A DNA stretch of 64,000 nt, taken from contig JAAOMT010000529.1 of NCBI GenBank assembly GCA_016748015.1, positions 252,848 through 316,847 on the forward strand, in the 5' to 3' direction. The translations under genes were made by a program, and so were the position numbers. The notes under the pieces are model-generated. The model was not told the origin of the DNA. It saw only the letters and a program-made list of their open reading frames with translations, and ran no database searches. This DNA is from Geosiphon pyriformis uo1 (taxonomy: Eukaryota > Fungi > Glomeromycota). Shown one piece after another: positions 13,201 through 24,073 of the stretch. How positions within the stretch are numbered: the first letter of the stretch is position 1; each line of letters starts with the position of its first letter.

Positions 13201-16200
13201 ATAATCCCAAACGTAATCCAAAATTTGATCGGGTAGTGGATGCACCTGATAAACCAATCTACTTCGCTCTTCATAACGTTTTTGTACTACCAGGCCAGCG
13301 CTAGTTTGACCTTTAGTTCGTAATCGATAACTTGAAGAAATTTTTTATAGTTAAATTTCAAACAAAATTTCTCGGATGGAGCCAGATTTATTTTAATCAT
13401 ACTCACGGATTAGCCGCAGCGAAAAGGCGAATGTTGTGGTGGATGAGTCTTCCGTTGAGCATTCTGTGTGATATGAGGTCGGCGAGCAATCCAATATGAT
13501 TGCAAGTATTTATTTCATCAAAGAATAACCAGGTCTCGCCTAATTGCGCTGCGTTGGTAGCTTCTTCCATAAATTTAAGGATATCGTGATCACGTATTCC
13601 AGCATGTAAATTCAAGGCCTTAAATTGTACTTCAATCACCAATGATAAAAAATTAAGAAGACTGGTCTGTAATAAAAATTAATCATTCTTAGCAAAAATT
13701 CTTGAGCTTGCAATTGAACATAAAGGTTTGAAATAATTATTACTTTGCCACACCCAGCTTCTCCACAAACAATTACAGGAATATTAGCACGAGCTCGCAA
13801 TAATATTAACGCCATTTTTAATATATTGTCACCAGATAATGCGTACGAGGGTAGGTCGAGTTTATGAACTGATTTTCGGGCGAGTGATTCTAATTTCAGG
13901 AGCAATACCTCAGCAGGCATTTCGTGGTAATCATCTAATGCCCACTCTTTACTGTTGGCACATATCCGGAGATCAGCTTGTTGACCTTTTAACAAGCTTT
14001 GAACGTTAACGGGAACTTGGGCCTTATCTCGATAGAATGCAGCGATCGAATCTGGTGCCTGGGACAAAAATACGACCAATAAATGATTTGATTCTTCCCA
14101 AGCTACAAAAATTGAAATAAAGATTAATTACAAGAAATGACTTTTGAGTCGCATCTAAATTATGAAAAAAATTGATAAATTACGTAAGATGGCGCCCAAA
14201 CGTGCATTGTCCGCTTCAAAAGTATTTTCCAATTGTGCGAATTTAGAAGATATTCCTCGCGTGGCAAAATCTTTTCCCGAGGCAATAAATTGTTCGACCA
14301 ATATAGAGCGAATATCACGTGCTTTGACCATGAGCGAAAGATTTTCCACGCGGAAATATGAGCTTGCTGACATACGGATCAATTGATCAGCAAATACGTT
14401 AACAAATATTTGAACGAAACGATGAGATAATATATTTTCAGTGTTCTCTTCAAAGAAATATTGGCGTATCAAAGTTTGACAACGATCGGTGGAAACAGGA
14501 GGACCAGGGTGGAAAGAAATATTTGTATTGTCGAGAATTCTTCTATCATAAGCATCCAAATAACGAGCTACAACTTGGATGGGACTGGTGAGCTCTTGTG
14601 ATACAATCATATTTTCGATATTCCAGGTTATATGATGTGATAAAAGATAGCCAGTAAATGGAAGAGAATTAAGTAGATATTGCTCGACAGTAGATGCAAT
14701 CTCTATATAGACATGGGTATCAGGAAGTTCTGCGATATCAACTTCATTAGAAATCATGCCCAACGTCAAAAGCTCAAATAAGAACATGTTGACATCACCA
14801 GAATGATCCACAGAGAGTATGTTGAGATGCAAGCTTTCGAATTTCCGAAGATTACAGTTTTTTAATTGGCACGTCAATCTTTCAAACTGAACACAATCAC
14901 TGATGAGAAAACTTCGTGGTATCAAACCGTTTTTCATACTAGCTTGTTGAATCCATTCAGTTTTTCCTTGACCAGATAAAGCTGAAGAAACACATGTAAC
15001 ATTGGGACAAATTTCTGCATAAATTTTTGTCATGGAAGAGGCATTGAGGCCGTTTGTTATATGGACATTATCAGGAAATTGGTCGATTATGTGGTGATGC
15101 ACTCCTGGCTCATGACAACAAACTAACGCCAAATTATAAGATGTCTCTATTTCACGAAGTGTCCGTATATCTTTGACCAGATTGTATTGTATGTCGTAAT
15201 CAAGCACCTCTAAGTTTGCGATGCAGAACAATTGTTCTTCTAAACCGTTGATAAATATAGCAATTATGAAAAGTCAGGATCAAACGAAGAGGAATAGTTT
15301 GGAAATTTCTTTGACAAGACCAATAAAATCAAGCTTACTATATCCATTTCTAGAAGCAAAAAAACACCTTTTGATGAAGAGAGAAAGTTCCTCGGCTGTG
15401 GTTGAAGATCTACATATGAGAATTTCCCATGGTTCAGGATATGCTCCATGATTTGCGAAAATTGACATTATGGTATTAGCTAAACGTGTTTTATCACAAG
15501 CCGCAATAAATAATTGGCCAGGTTGAACCACATCAGTCATTATCAGCTCAATTTGCGCAAAACCTTTTCGCGTTCTTTTTGGTAACCTTTCAAATATATC
15601 AAAGAGCTGTGATCCAATTTCACTCAATATTCTATCAAAAGATTCTGATCGGTAATCAAAAGCCTGAAGGTCCATTGGAGATGGTAGTTGGGCTTGTTTG
15701 TGTACATATCTCAAAAGTATTTCACAATTGGCTTGATTTTGAGATTTATCAGTTGCATTTCCCATAAAATAATCATAGAATGTCAAAATATGACGCGCTG
15801 TGAAAAAATTCAAATAATAATGATCTTCTTGTGATTTGTTGACTATGTCCTTCCTTTGTGTGTAAGATAATTAGTTCGTGATGTATTTAAGAAAATAAAA
15901 GCTAAACACAAAAATAATTACCACTTTTCCAAGTCAATTTTGAGAATTTCAAATAAGTCGATCATTTCTTCAAGATTCATTGCACTCTCGTTAAAGTCAC
16001 GATATGCAAAATGTCCTAATTCCATCAACGTTGATGCGAGAGCTACGATCTGTTGACTCATATCAACATGACGCACAAATGTCGTCATATAATCATTCTC
16101 ATCTTCCAAGTCAGAGCCATTTTCTTTTTCAACTAACATGGGATTAATTGATTTCGCTGACTTGGAAATTAGTAGAGCACGCCCACGCAAATCTTGCAAT

Positions 16201-19200
16201 TCACTAAGACTATATTCGGTCACTTTCACTTTGGAGCGGTATGCCAATGATACGGTACATTTATATTCGTTTGGAGGACGTTTAAAGGTATAAGTTCCAA
16301 TTGTGACTGCATTTTTGATGCGCTCTTTGGTCACCTCGCCACGGTTTGAAATATTTTTGTACATATTTTGTAATGCGAGATTATGTGCATTACATAGCGC
16401 AATTTTTGTTGAAAGAGATGAATTTTTCACAAAGACTGAATTCAATTCCCTCACAAAATCATCAAATTTTGAAGTTCCTAAATAATATTATAAAATTGCA
16501 AATGAATTAAGTAGACCAGAAAGTTCAATAGAAAGGCTAAAACACTGAAATTACTTGATACCTGCAAAACCCATCACTGGCAGAAGGAACTGTTTGACTT
16601 CAATTAAAGACGATACTGTGTCTTCTTGGATTAATCTCTCGTCCGAATGGTCATCAACCCCATTAATCAGATTTTTAATATCATGTTCAGCGACAGATCG
16701 TAAAAAGCCAAGGAATTCACCGGAAATTGAAAGTTCCTTAATCAACAACCAACAATCCGGATTTACATCACGAAAACAAGATTTGAGTTTTCGCCAAATC
16801 TCTGATAATTGTCCTAGTAACATTTCCTCGCTGTTGAGATCATTTGAGAGCGAGAGCAGCCAGCTTTTTGAAGTAACAGTTACCTCAAAAATTTCGGCTG
16901 TTATTTGTCTAATTTATTCAAAGGTCGTAAGACATAAAAATTATGAAAAATAATAATTAATACTTGTTTAATAAGAAACTTACAATTGGTCAAGCTGCTC
17001 AATCCAAGTTGGAATCATGGAGAGATAGCTAACTACATCTTCCAAGTCCTTTGTTACACGCCACGTCATACCAGATGTCATTAATTGCAGTTCTGTTTTA
17101 ACGTCATTAACATTAACATTTCTCCAGAGTAAGAGGGCCTTAGAGCATTTGAGCATTCTCCAATTGGCATATTGACTACGTAATTTATTATATTGTTCAA
17201 ATGTGGTTGGCAAAACCTCTTGTGCCAGTTTCAAGACGGATAACTTTTCGGGCTCTTGATTCAAGCAATCCTCGAAAACATTTGCAAAGGTTTTTGATTT
17301 GACATAAATATTTGAACGTTTTGCGATCTCCAAAATAGGTTGATGAAACATCCAATAATCTAAAACAAGTTTAAATTAATTAATTTAGGCTTTCCATTTT
17401 TGTAGGAATTAATTTTACTAACCAGGCAATAGAGCCTCATTCAAGGTGGTTTTGTCAAATAATTTCATACGCTGACGAACATCCTCAATATACTCTTGAG
17501 CATCAATTAATTTAGGACCGCTACAAAAGCGAGTATAAAATTCGTTCAAATACTTAACCTTTTGTTCATATATTTTGCACTCATCACGAAGTATTTGAAG
17601 CCTTTTGTTAGTAATATTAAAAGCAATGGTATGAGATGATTGACGTCCAGCTTCAAAATAACGAATCAGCTGATCATTCGAATATTTTATCAAAGTTTGG
17701 AGCATGCTTATTTGTATAGTGTTTTTTTCGATCATCTCTGCTAACTGAATGACAGCATGACGAACACTTTCTACATGACAATGAGCGCCTAACCGATTCA
17801 CCGAGCCTGAAGCCATTAAGATGGTAGCCCAAAAGTCGGAGCTCGAGAGCAAATTGACATGAAAGACATTTAAAATGATGCCGGTGCCCGATTTCGGAGA
17901 ATGAGCTTGCAAACGAGTCATGATATAAAATAAAATTTCCTCGCATAATCTAAAAAATAGTAGAGGATTCACACAATTTACAACATATTTTATCGAGTAT
18001 CAATCATTGCTTATTACTAAAAATAGCACTTACTTATTTGGAACGATCAGCTGGCTTTCATTATTGCTGCAGCCACATATATTCCTTATATATACCATGA
18101 GTTTTTTATCAGTATATTTAACAAATTCTAGACGCTTTTTCAATATTTCTTCAAAGCATTTAGAAACCTCAGCTCTCAATTTTTGACCAATCAACGACGT
18201 TGATTTGAACAAGAGCTCATCAGAGAAAATCTCTACTCGTTCAAGAGCAATTTGGTACAATTCGTTGAAAAGTGTTTTGCTTTTGACGATGACCGGGTAA
18301 ATGTTCGAGAGTTGCAAAAATATATGAAATACAATGTTGAAGTTTTCTTTTTTACGATCATTGCGACTGCAAATGTGCCCAATTATTTGTCGATACCATT
18401 GAAGACAAATGGGGTGAGCTTTTTTGGAGATTTTTTGGAGATTTTTTGAGGATTCGAAAAAGGAACTCAATAATTGGGGAAAGATTTCCAACAGATCTGG
18501 GACCTCGGATGTAGAAACAATGTCCAAAGATTGCATAGAATCCTCTGGAGTCCAATAAAGCCTTCTTTCATCAAGGAGCACTAAGATACACTGAATATTC
18601 TGTGAAGTCCAATTGAATTTCTGAGAACTCCGGTTTAAAAATTCCATAACTTTAGAACGAAATTTTGACGCTAAAAACTTTTGGACGTCTTCTGGGATTT
18701 CTTCAAGACGATTAAGTAAAATTATAGCATCATCAGCGGTGGTTAGATGCAAAAAATGATTACCCACGTGAACGTGAATTTGGCCAAAAAGAAAAGAGTC
18801 TGTTCTGGCTTTGTCATTAAGGATATCTTTCCATAAAAAGGTCATTAAATCGATGCTAGTCGTTAAAGAAATCAAGGACTGATGTTGAAGTAAAATATAA
18901 ATAGATGTGTTAAATGGTTATCATTTTACAGGTTTGCAAAAATATAAAAATCGAACCTTAAAGATCTTTGAATAGAGAGATGGCGATGAAATCTTGTCGA
19001 TGGCAGGTTTGACGATTTGAGATAATGAAGTTTTGAGACGTCTCAGGGTTTCCCCTTCATATTTCCAATTTTGAACAAGTTTCAAAAATTTATATTCGGG
19101 ATCGATTTCTGGAGCTGCAATAAATGCTTTCATCCATTCAAACTCGGTGGATATTGACGAGTTTTGTTGAACTAAGGCTGAAATTACTGGCAAGAGCAAT

Positions 19201-21107
19201 TTTAAAGTATTTGAAGGAAGATTTCCAGACTGAATGACATCAAGGCCTTCCAGCAAAGGTACAGAAGGAAATGAGTCGTGGAGGCGATAAGTAGTCAAAC
19301 TCTTTTTGCGTTCCTGTTCCATCACATAACCTAAAAGAACATACAAGAATATTTTCTGGTGGTCGTGTATCTCATCTTCTAGCAAACAGTCTTTAATGAA
19401 ATTGATATTTGTCACAGCTGTAATCTGGGATGGGTACGCTTTTCGTAAGGCTTGATATTCCATAATTTTGTCCTTTGTATTTTTCCCATCCAATGATTGG
19501 TAGATATCACAAACAAAATGCCATTCATTGAAATTTTTTATCCAAAGATTTGCATTATTACTCCATATGTCGTAATGAATTTCCTCCATTTTTAACTCCC
19601 GATTCTGTTGTGCTGTATAACCTTCAAAGAGGGTGTCATTTGGCCACCTTTTAAAAGGAATTCTTTCCGAAATAGTTGGTGAAGGATTCCAAATTCCATA
19701 CTTGTAATGGATTCTTAGTGTTGAGGTGAATGAAGACATTGGAATCTTCACTGGATCTGAACTCCAATAACTTGCGTTACTGCTCCATTTATAAAGTTTA
19801 ACTTTGGGTATTTTCCATTCACCGAGTTCCGGGATGCTGCCGAGAACAACAGGTTTCCAGTGACTGGGCATATTCGTTGGGAGATGAACCCGAAATGAAA
19901 TCAGCTTGAACTCTTCCAAACTTGGTGATTCTTTTTTCTCGCGAATATTGTCCATAGAATCCTCATTTCGCTGATTTTCCCATATATTTTGATGAGCATC
20001 TTGCTTTTTATTCGTAGTAGAAGGCGAATCAAAATTTTGATTCGCCGCAGTGACTTGTTTGTAATTTGGATTTTTCGTTTTTGCATTATTTTCACTGTGA
20101 GAAAAGGCCGAATTTGTTGCTTCGTCGAGAGTTTTACCAAGATCGGAACCTTGTGTTATTGGAGGCAAAGTATTAGCACTTGAAGTTTGTGAAGAGGGTG
20201 AAGATCCATTGTCGGCAATTTCAGGAGATTCTTCGGATTTTGTTTCCTTCTTTTTCTTTTTCGTTTCTGCATTTTTTTCACTGTGAGAAAAGGCCAAATT
20301 TGTTGCTTCACTGAAAGTTTTACTAAAATCGGAAACTTGTGTTATTGGAGGCAAAGTATTAGCACTTGAAGTTTGTGAAAAGGGTGAAGATCCGTTGTCG
20401 GCAATTTCAGGAGATTCTTCGGATTTTGTTTCCTTCTTTTTCTTTTTCGTTTCTGCATTTTTTTCACTGTGAGAAAAGGCCAAATTTGTTGCTTCACTGA
20501 AAGTTTTACTAAAATCGGAAACTTGTGTTATTGGAGGCAAAGTATTAGTACTTGAAGTTTGTGAAGAGGGTGAAGATCCGTTGTCGGCAATTTCAGGAGA
20601 TTCTTCGGATTTTGTTTTCTTTTTCTTTTTCTTTTCTGCATTATTTTCACTGTGAGAAAAGGCCAAATTTGTTGCTTCGTCGAAAGTTTTACCAAGATCG
20701 GAACCTTGTGTTATTGGAGGCAAAGTATTACCACTTGAGGTTTGTGCAGAGGGTGAAGATCCATTGTCGGCAATTTCAGGAGATTCTTCGGATTTTGGTT
20801 TCTTTTTTTTTCCCTCACTACTGTTGGGTAATGAACCTTCATCTTGGTCGGATCTGCCTAGATGTGCAAATAATTATTCAGAGAAGATAGAATTTCAGTA
20901 TTAACTCATACTTTGATATTTATTTATCCATTGGCCAGGAATTTATGTTATAATCTCGTTTAAAGTACCAATAAAATCAGAGTTGACTTGATTAACGGTG
21001 CTTCTCAAAGTTTCAGAGTCTTCTGGGCTGCGGCTTCCACTTTTATCTAGTTGGATAGTAAAGTTGGTAGGGAGCTTTTGATCTTTGGGTTCACTATCAC
21101 TACTCAT
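4203..21107 (-). CDS. RNF213: RNF213/mysterin-like giant AAA+ ATPase and RZ-finger E3 ubiquitin ligase, 28 exons, ~4,901 aa, apparently intact
   Basis: Hand-built exons: 21107-20969, 20857-18957, 18878-18034, 17949-17423, 17359-16984, 16908-16562, 16477-15922, 15853-15339, 15239-14184, 14102-13744, 13666-13407, 13330-13066, 12984-12799, 12713-12463, 12385-12301, 12224-12089, 11991-11671, 11602-11549, 11476-11372, 11298-11144, 11075-11007, 10918-10864, 10787-10749, 10639-10245, 10145-9400, 9314-6765, 6685-4399, 4328-4203. Total 14,706 nt with all 27 intron phases consistent. RNF213-type motifs in order: SALSGQGKT; IPVIVCGEAGCGKTS with WLFFDEIN; LVYQVHPLP; SVSLRD; IPVFIIGAPGSSKSL with VVLLDEVGLAE; GISNWRLD; FHGLRDYYALVK; RNFGG; LYDLWNQNY; PPLLNRFEK; RZ-like CVCGYRYMIGDCG...CPEC. 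The symbol denotes family homology, not proven orthology. Confidence 0.93.
20075..20812 (-). repeat. Coding tandem repeat, four units of 183-186 bp (61-62 aa), in exon 2 of the RNF213-like gene
   Basis: Anchor ctgtgagaaaaggcc recurs at 20095, 20281, 20467 and 20650 (spacings 186, 186, 183). Unit approx. KKKKKETKSEESPEIADNGSSPSSQTSSANTLPPITQxSDxxKTFxEATNLAFSHSE. Confidence 0.97.
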
Positions 21108-21530
21108 AATTAGTTTTTCAATAATTTAAGGACTTTGGACTTTTACTTCAGGCTCACCCTTTGCGTTTTTTGGTGAGCAAGGAAACGCAGTAATATCCAC
21201 CCACAATTTTGAACAGGACCCATTATTAAAAAGATCAAACGCCACCTGATAATCAATTTAATCAATCAACCATGCATTTCTTTGTTGGCAAACAAAATCC
21301 CATTGTTAAAAGAAAAACTTTAAATCCTGTTTTCTGGTAATATTTGTCCAAGGGAGTTTTGGCTCTCTTTGTTGGAGGGAAGGAACTTACCAAAATAAGA
21401 TTAATTGATGCATGCACGAATTTTTGTGATCGACATAACTGAAAAGTTTAGCATAGCTATTGATTAAAAGCATTTGCAAAAAGTCTTGCCAAAAAAATTT
21501 CGTACTTTTTTGATTTGAATTTTTTGAATC
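21108..21530. promoter_or_regulatory. 423-bp intergenic region between two divergent start codons, candidate bidirectional promoter
   Basis: Predicted ATG of the RNF213-like gene at 21107 (minus) and of the RING-Ubl-TerD gene at 21531 (plus). No specific element identified. Confidence 0.65.
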
Positions 21531-21927
21531 ATGATATGCTCAGAGTGCCAAATCGACAAGCTATCAAATGAATACCCAACATCTATAACTATAAATTGTG
21601 AACATATTTCATCATTATGTTTACGGGTAAAACATAAATAGTTGTTCATATTAAAAAATCTTTGATTATTTGAAATAATTTCGACTTTGTTTAGTGCCTT
21701 CTTTCCGAACTTGCAGCCCAAAAAAGTGAACCAAATGAAGACCGTGAATTACCTTTCTTCTCCGCGTCTTCCTCCTCGTCCTCCTCTTCCTCCTCTTCCT
21801 CTCATTCAACTCCTGAACCCACAGAATACTCTAAATTTCATTGCCCTGAATGTGAGGTCCCAATGACCATCGAGGAAGTTCAATACCTTTTTTCTGTATG
21901 GGAAAACGCTCTTTTCAAGCTTAATAT

Positions 21928-21967
<40 letters not shown>

Positions 21968-23055
21968 AATAATGATGATAATGATGATAAACCAGATATT
22001 AATTCAAATGAAAATGGGGAAGGAACTATTGCTGGAGGACAATTTTATGTGGTTATGTTAAACGGTCATAAGATTGCATTAGATGTAGACAGAGTTCCTT
22101 CAATAATTGCCTTAAGGGGACAAATTCAAAATCGGCTTGGAATCCCAACATCAAAACAAAAGTTACTTTTCAATCGGAAAGAATTACTTGTAAGCTTTTA
22201 TATTTGCCAGAATTTTTATTGATTTTTTTTCAAGTTTAATAATACTATTAAAAAAATTAAAGGATACACAACCTGATCGACAAGCGAGTACACTTGCTCA
22301 TTATGGAATTCGTCATAATAGCAATGTACAACTTATTATAGTTTTGTATTCAATAACCAATGCTGAAACTATAAAAACATTAGTTTTTGAATTGAGTTGG
22401 GGATTTCCCATCAAGGGAGTAGACTATCTAGACGGAACATGTATGGTCTATTGTGGTGATATTCTAATACGCAAGGTAAATAAAAGTTATCGATTTATGT
22501 GAATCTCAGTTAATTATTTACTGCAGTCATTGTCTATTTGAAGTATGACTACATGTCTGTATATTATCCAAGCTTCCCGCATATGAGACATTCTGGTGAC
22601 GTTATGGACACAGCAAACAAAAGAGGTTAGAATAAAATTATGCTTAAATTCATTTTCTAAAAAATTTTTCATCGACATTATCTCGAAAAATATTAATTTT
22701 GTAATTCGATTGTGTTGGAAAAAAAGGTAGTCATCGCATCACAGCAAATCTCGATAGGCTTCCAGAAACGGTTACTCAACTTTACTTTATCCTGAGCGCA
22801 TTTAATGCTGGGACTATCGGTGAATATCCTAAACCAAATTTTGAGATGTATGATGAAGCGAAACCAAACAAGCCATTGTGCACTTATACCATTCAGAATG
22901 CTGCTGAATCACAAGCGGTGATCATGTGCTGCGTGTCACGAGCAGGAAGGGATGGTATATGGCAAGTGATAGAAGTGGGTAAATTGACGCCTGGTAATGC
23001 TAACGATTATGATCCGATAGAAATTGCTATAAGTGAATTTGGCTTGTTAGCCTAA
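21531..23055 (+). CDS. RING finger - acidic linker - ubiquitin-like - TerD-like domain protein, 5 exons, 404 aa
   Basis: Exons 21531-21626, 21695-22189, 22263-22475, 22544-22625, 22727-23055 (1,215 nt, phases consistent). RING: MICSECQIDKLSNEYPTSITINCEHISSLCLR|C-x48-CPEC. Ubl: FYVVMLNGHKIAL...LGIPTSKQKLLFNRKELL|...TLAHYGIRHNSNVQLII. TerD-like: FELSWG...DYLDGTC...HSGD...ITANLDRLPETVTQLYFILS...LCTYTI...QAVIMCCVSR...WQVIEVG. Confidence 0.85.
21929..21967 (+). repeat. (GAT)13 coding microsatellite, poly-Asp linker
   Basis: Perfect GAT run inside exon 2, followed by NNDDNDD. Confidence 0.95.
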
Positions 23056-23828
23056 GTCATGACCTGTGAATTTTACGATCATTCGAATGGATTAAATCGA
23101 TCATCAATATACAAATACTATAAAAAGAATTAGAATATTCCTCAGGCGCCATCAAAAATTTAACCACATTCATTATATTTAAATCACTCAAGTTGTGTTT
23201 GATAGATCTCCATTAGTTGTATAAAAGCAAAACTTGGAGAACCAGCTATAAGAAATTCATTAATTAGGTTTAAATCCAACATTTTAAACAGACTTATTAA
23301 AGTTAAAATAAAATAAAAAATTGGCTAACATTCTGGATAATAAGCAATGTAAAATATGTTGATTAAAAAAAATTTTTGAAAGTTTGTTTTTTATTAAGTT
23401 TCAAATTTCTTTGATTAATATTTTATTTTTATTTATTTTGCTATCTCAATTTATTTTTTATAAATATAAGTTTTTAAATTAAAAAATTTAAAAGCTTAAC
23501 AAATTTCTTAATAATTTAAAATGATTTAATTTTTATTTTTATTTATAGCATATTTTTTTAATTTTAATTTATTGTTTTTTATTAATATTATTATCATTTA
23601 AGTATAATTATTTTATCGAATTTAAATAACAATAATTATTATTATTATTATTTAATAAATTAATTTTATTATAATCAATTAATAATTGTGTTTTAAATAA
23701 TTTTATTTATTATTAAAATAATATTTTAATAAAACTTTCAAAACTAATAATGTTGCCAAAACGCCGAGTGATAAAGAAGTGCTTTAGTTGTGGTTTTTCC
23801 TGATTAAAAAATTCGAAATTGTACGAGC

Positions 23829-23878
23829 ACGCGTGATTTGGATAATATTGCAATCAAAAATTCAAACAAGAAACGCGA
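23829..23878 (+). promoter_or_regulatory. MCB-like cell-cycle boxes upstream of UNG
   Basis: ACGCGT at 23829-23834 and ACGCGA at 23873-23878, about 200-245 bp upstream of the ATG, next to CpG-poor AT-rich DNA. Confidence 0.5.
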
Positions 23879-24073
23879 CTCTTTGACTGGAAGGCGTTAA
23901 AATATTTACAAGTCGAAAGTATATAGAAACTTCTATTCCTGAAGTTTTCAGTAGAATCTTGGATAAAAGTATTAGGATACCTAATTTAACTGGTAGTCTC
24001 ACTTATTATAATTTTTAAACTTTAAAGGCTTTCACTAAAACACCTATCCAGATTTTTTCACTGCTCGATAACC

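Noticed and set aside
9396-18875. Many separate minus-strand ORFs as an operon-like cluster, or as dynein/midasin
   Set aside because: All join through consistent splice sites into one frame with RNF213-type motifs.
21735-21866. ATG at 21735 giving a Pro-rich peptide
   Set aside because: Stops after 43 codons; it is an alternative frame of the poly-Ser segment in RING exon 2.
21863-23055. ORF-track entries 21863 and 22846 as separate genes, or a ubiquitin precursor
   Set aside because: They join into one spliced gene, and the Ubl lacks a C-terminal di-Gly.
23100-23750. AT-rich spacer with (TTA)n between the TerD gene and UNG as a mobile element
   Set aside because: No termini, TSD or coding remnant can be recognised.
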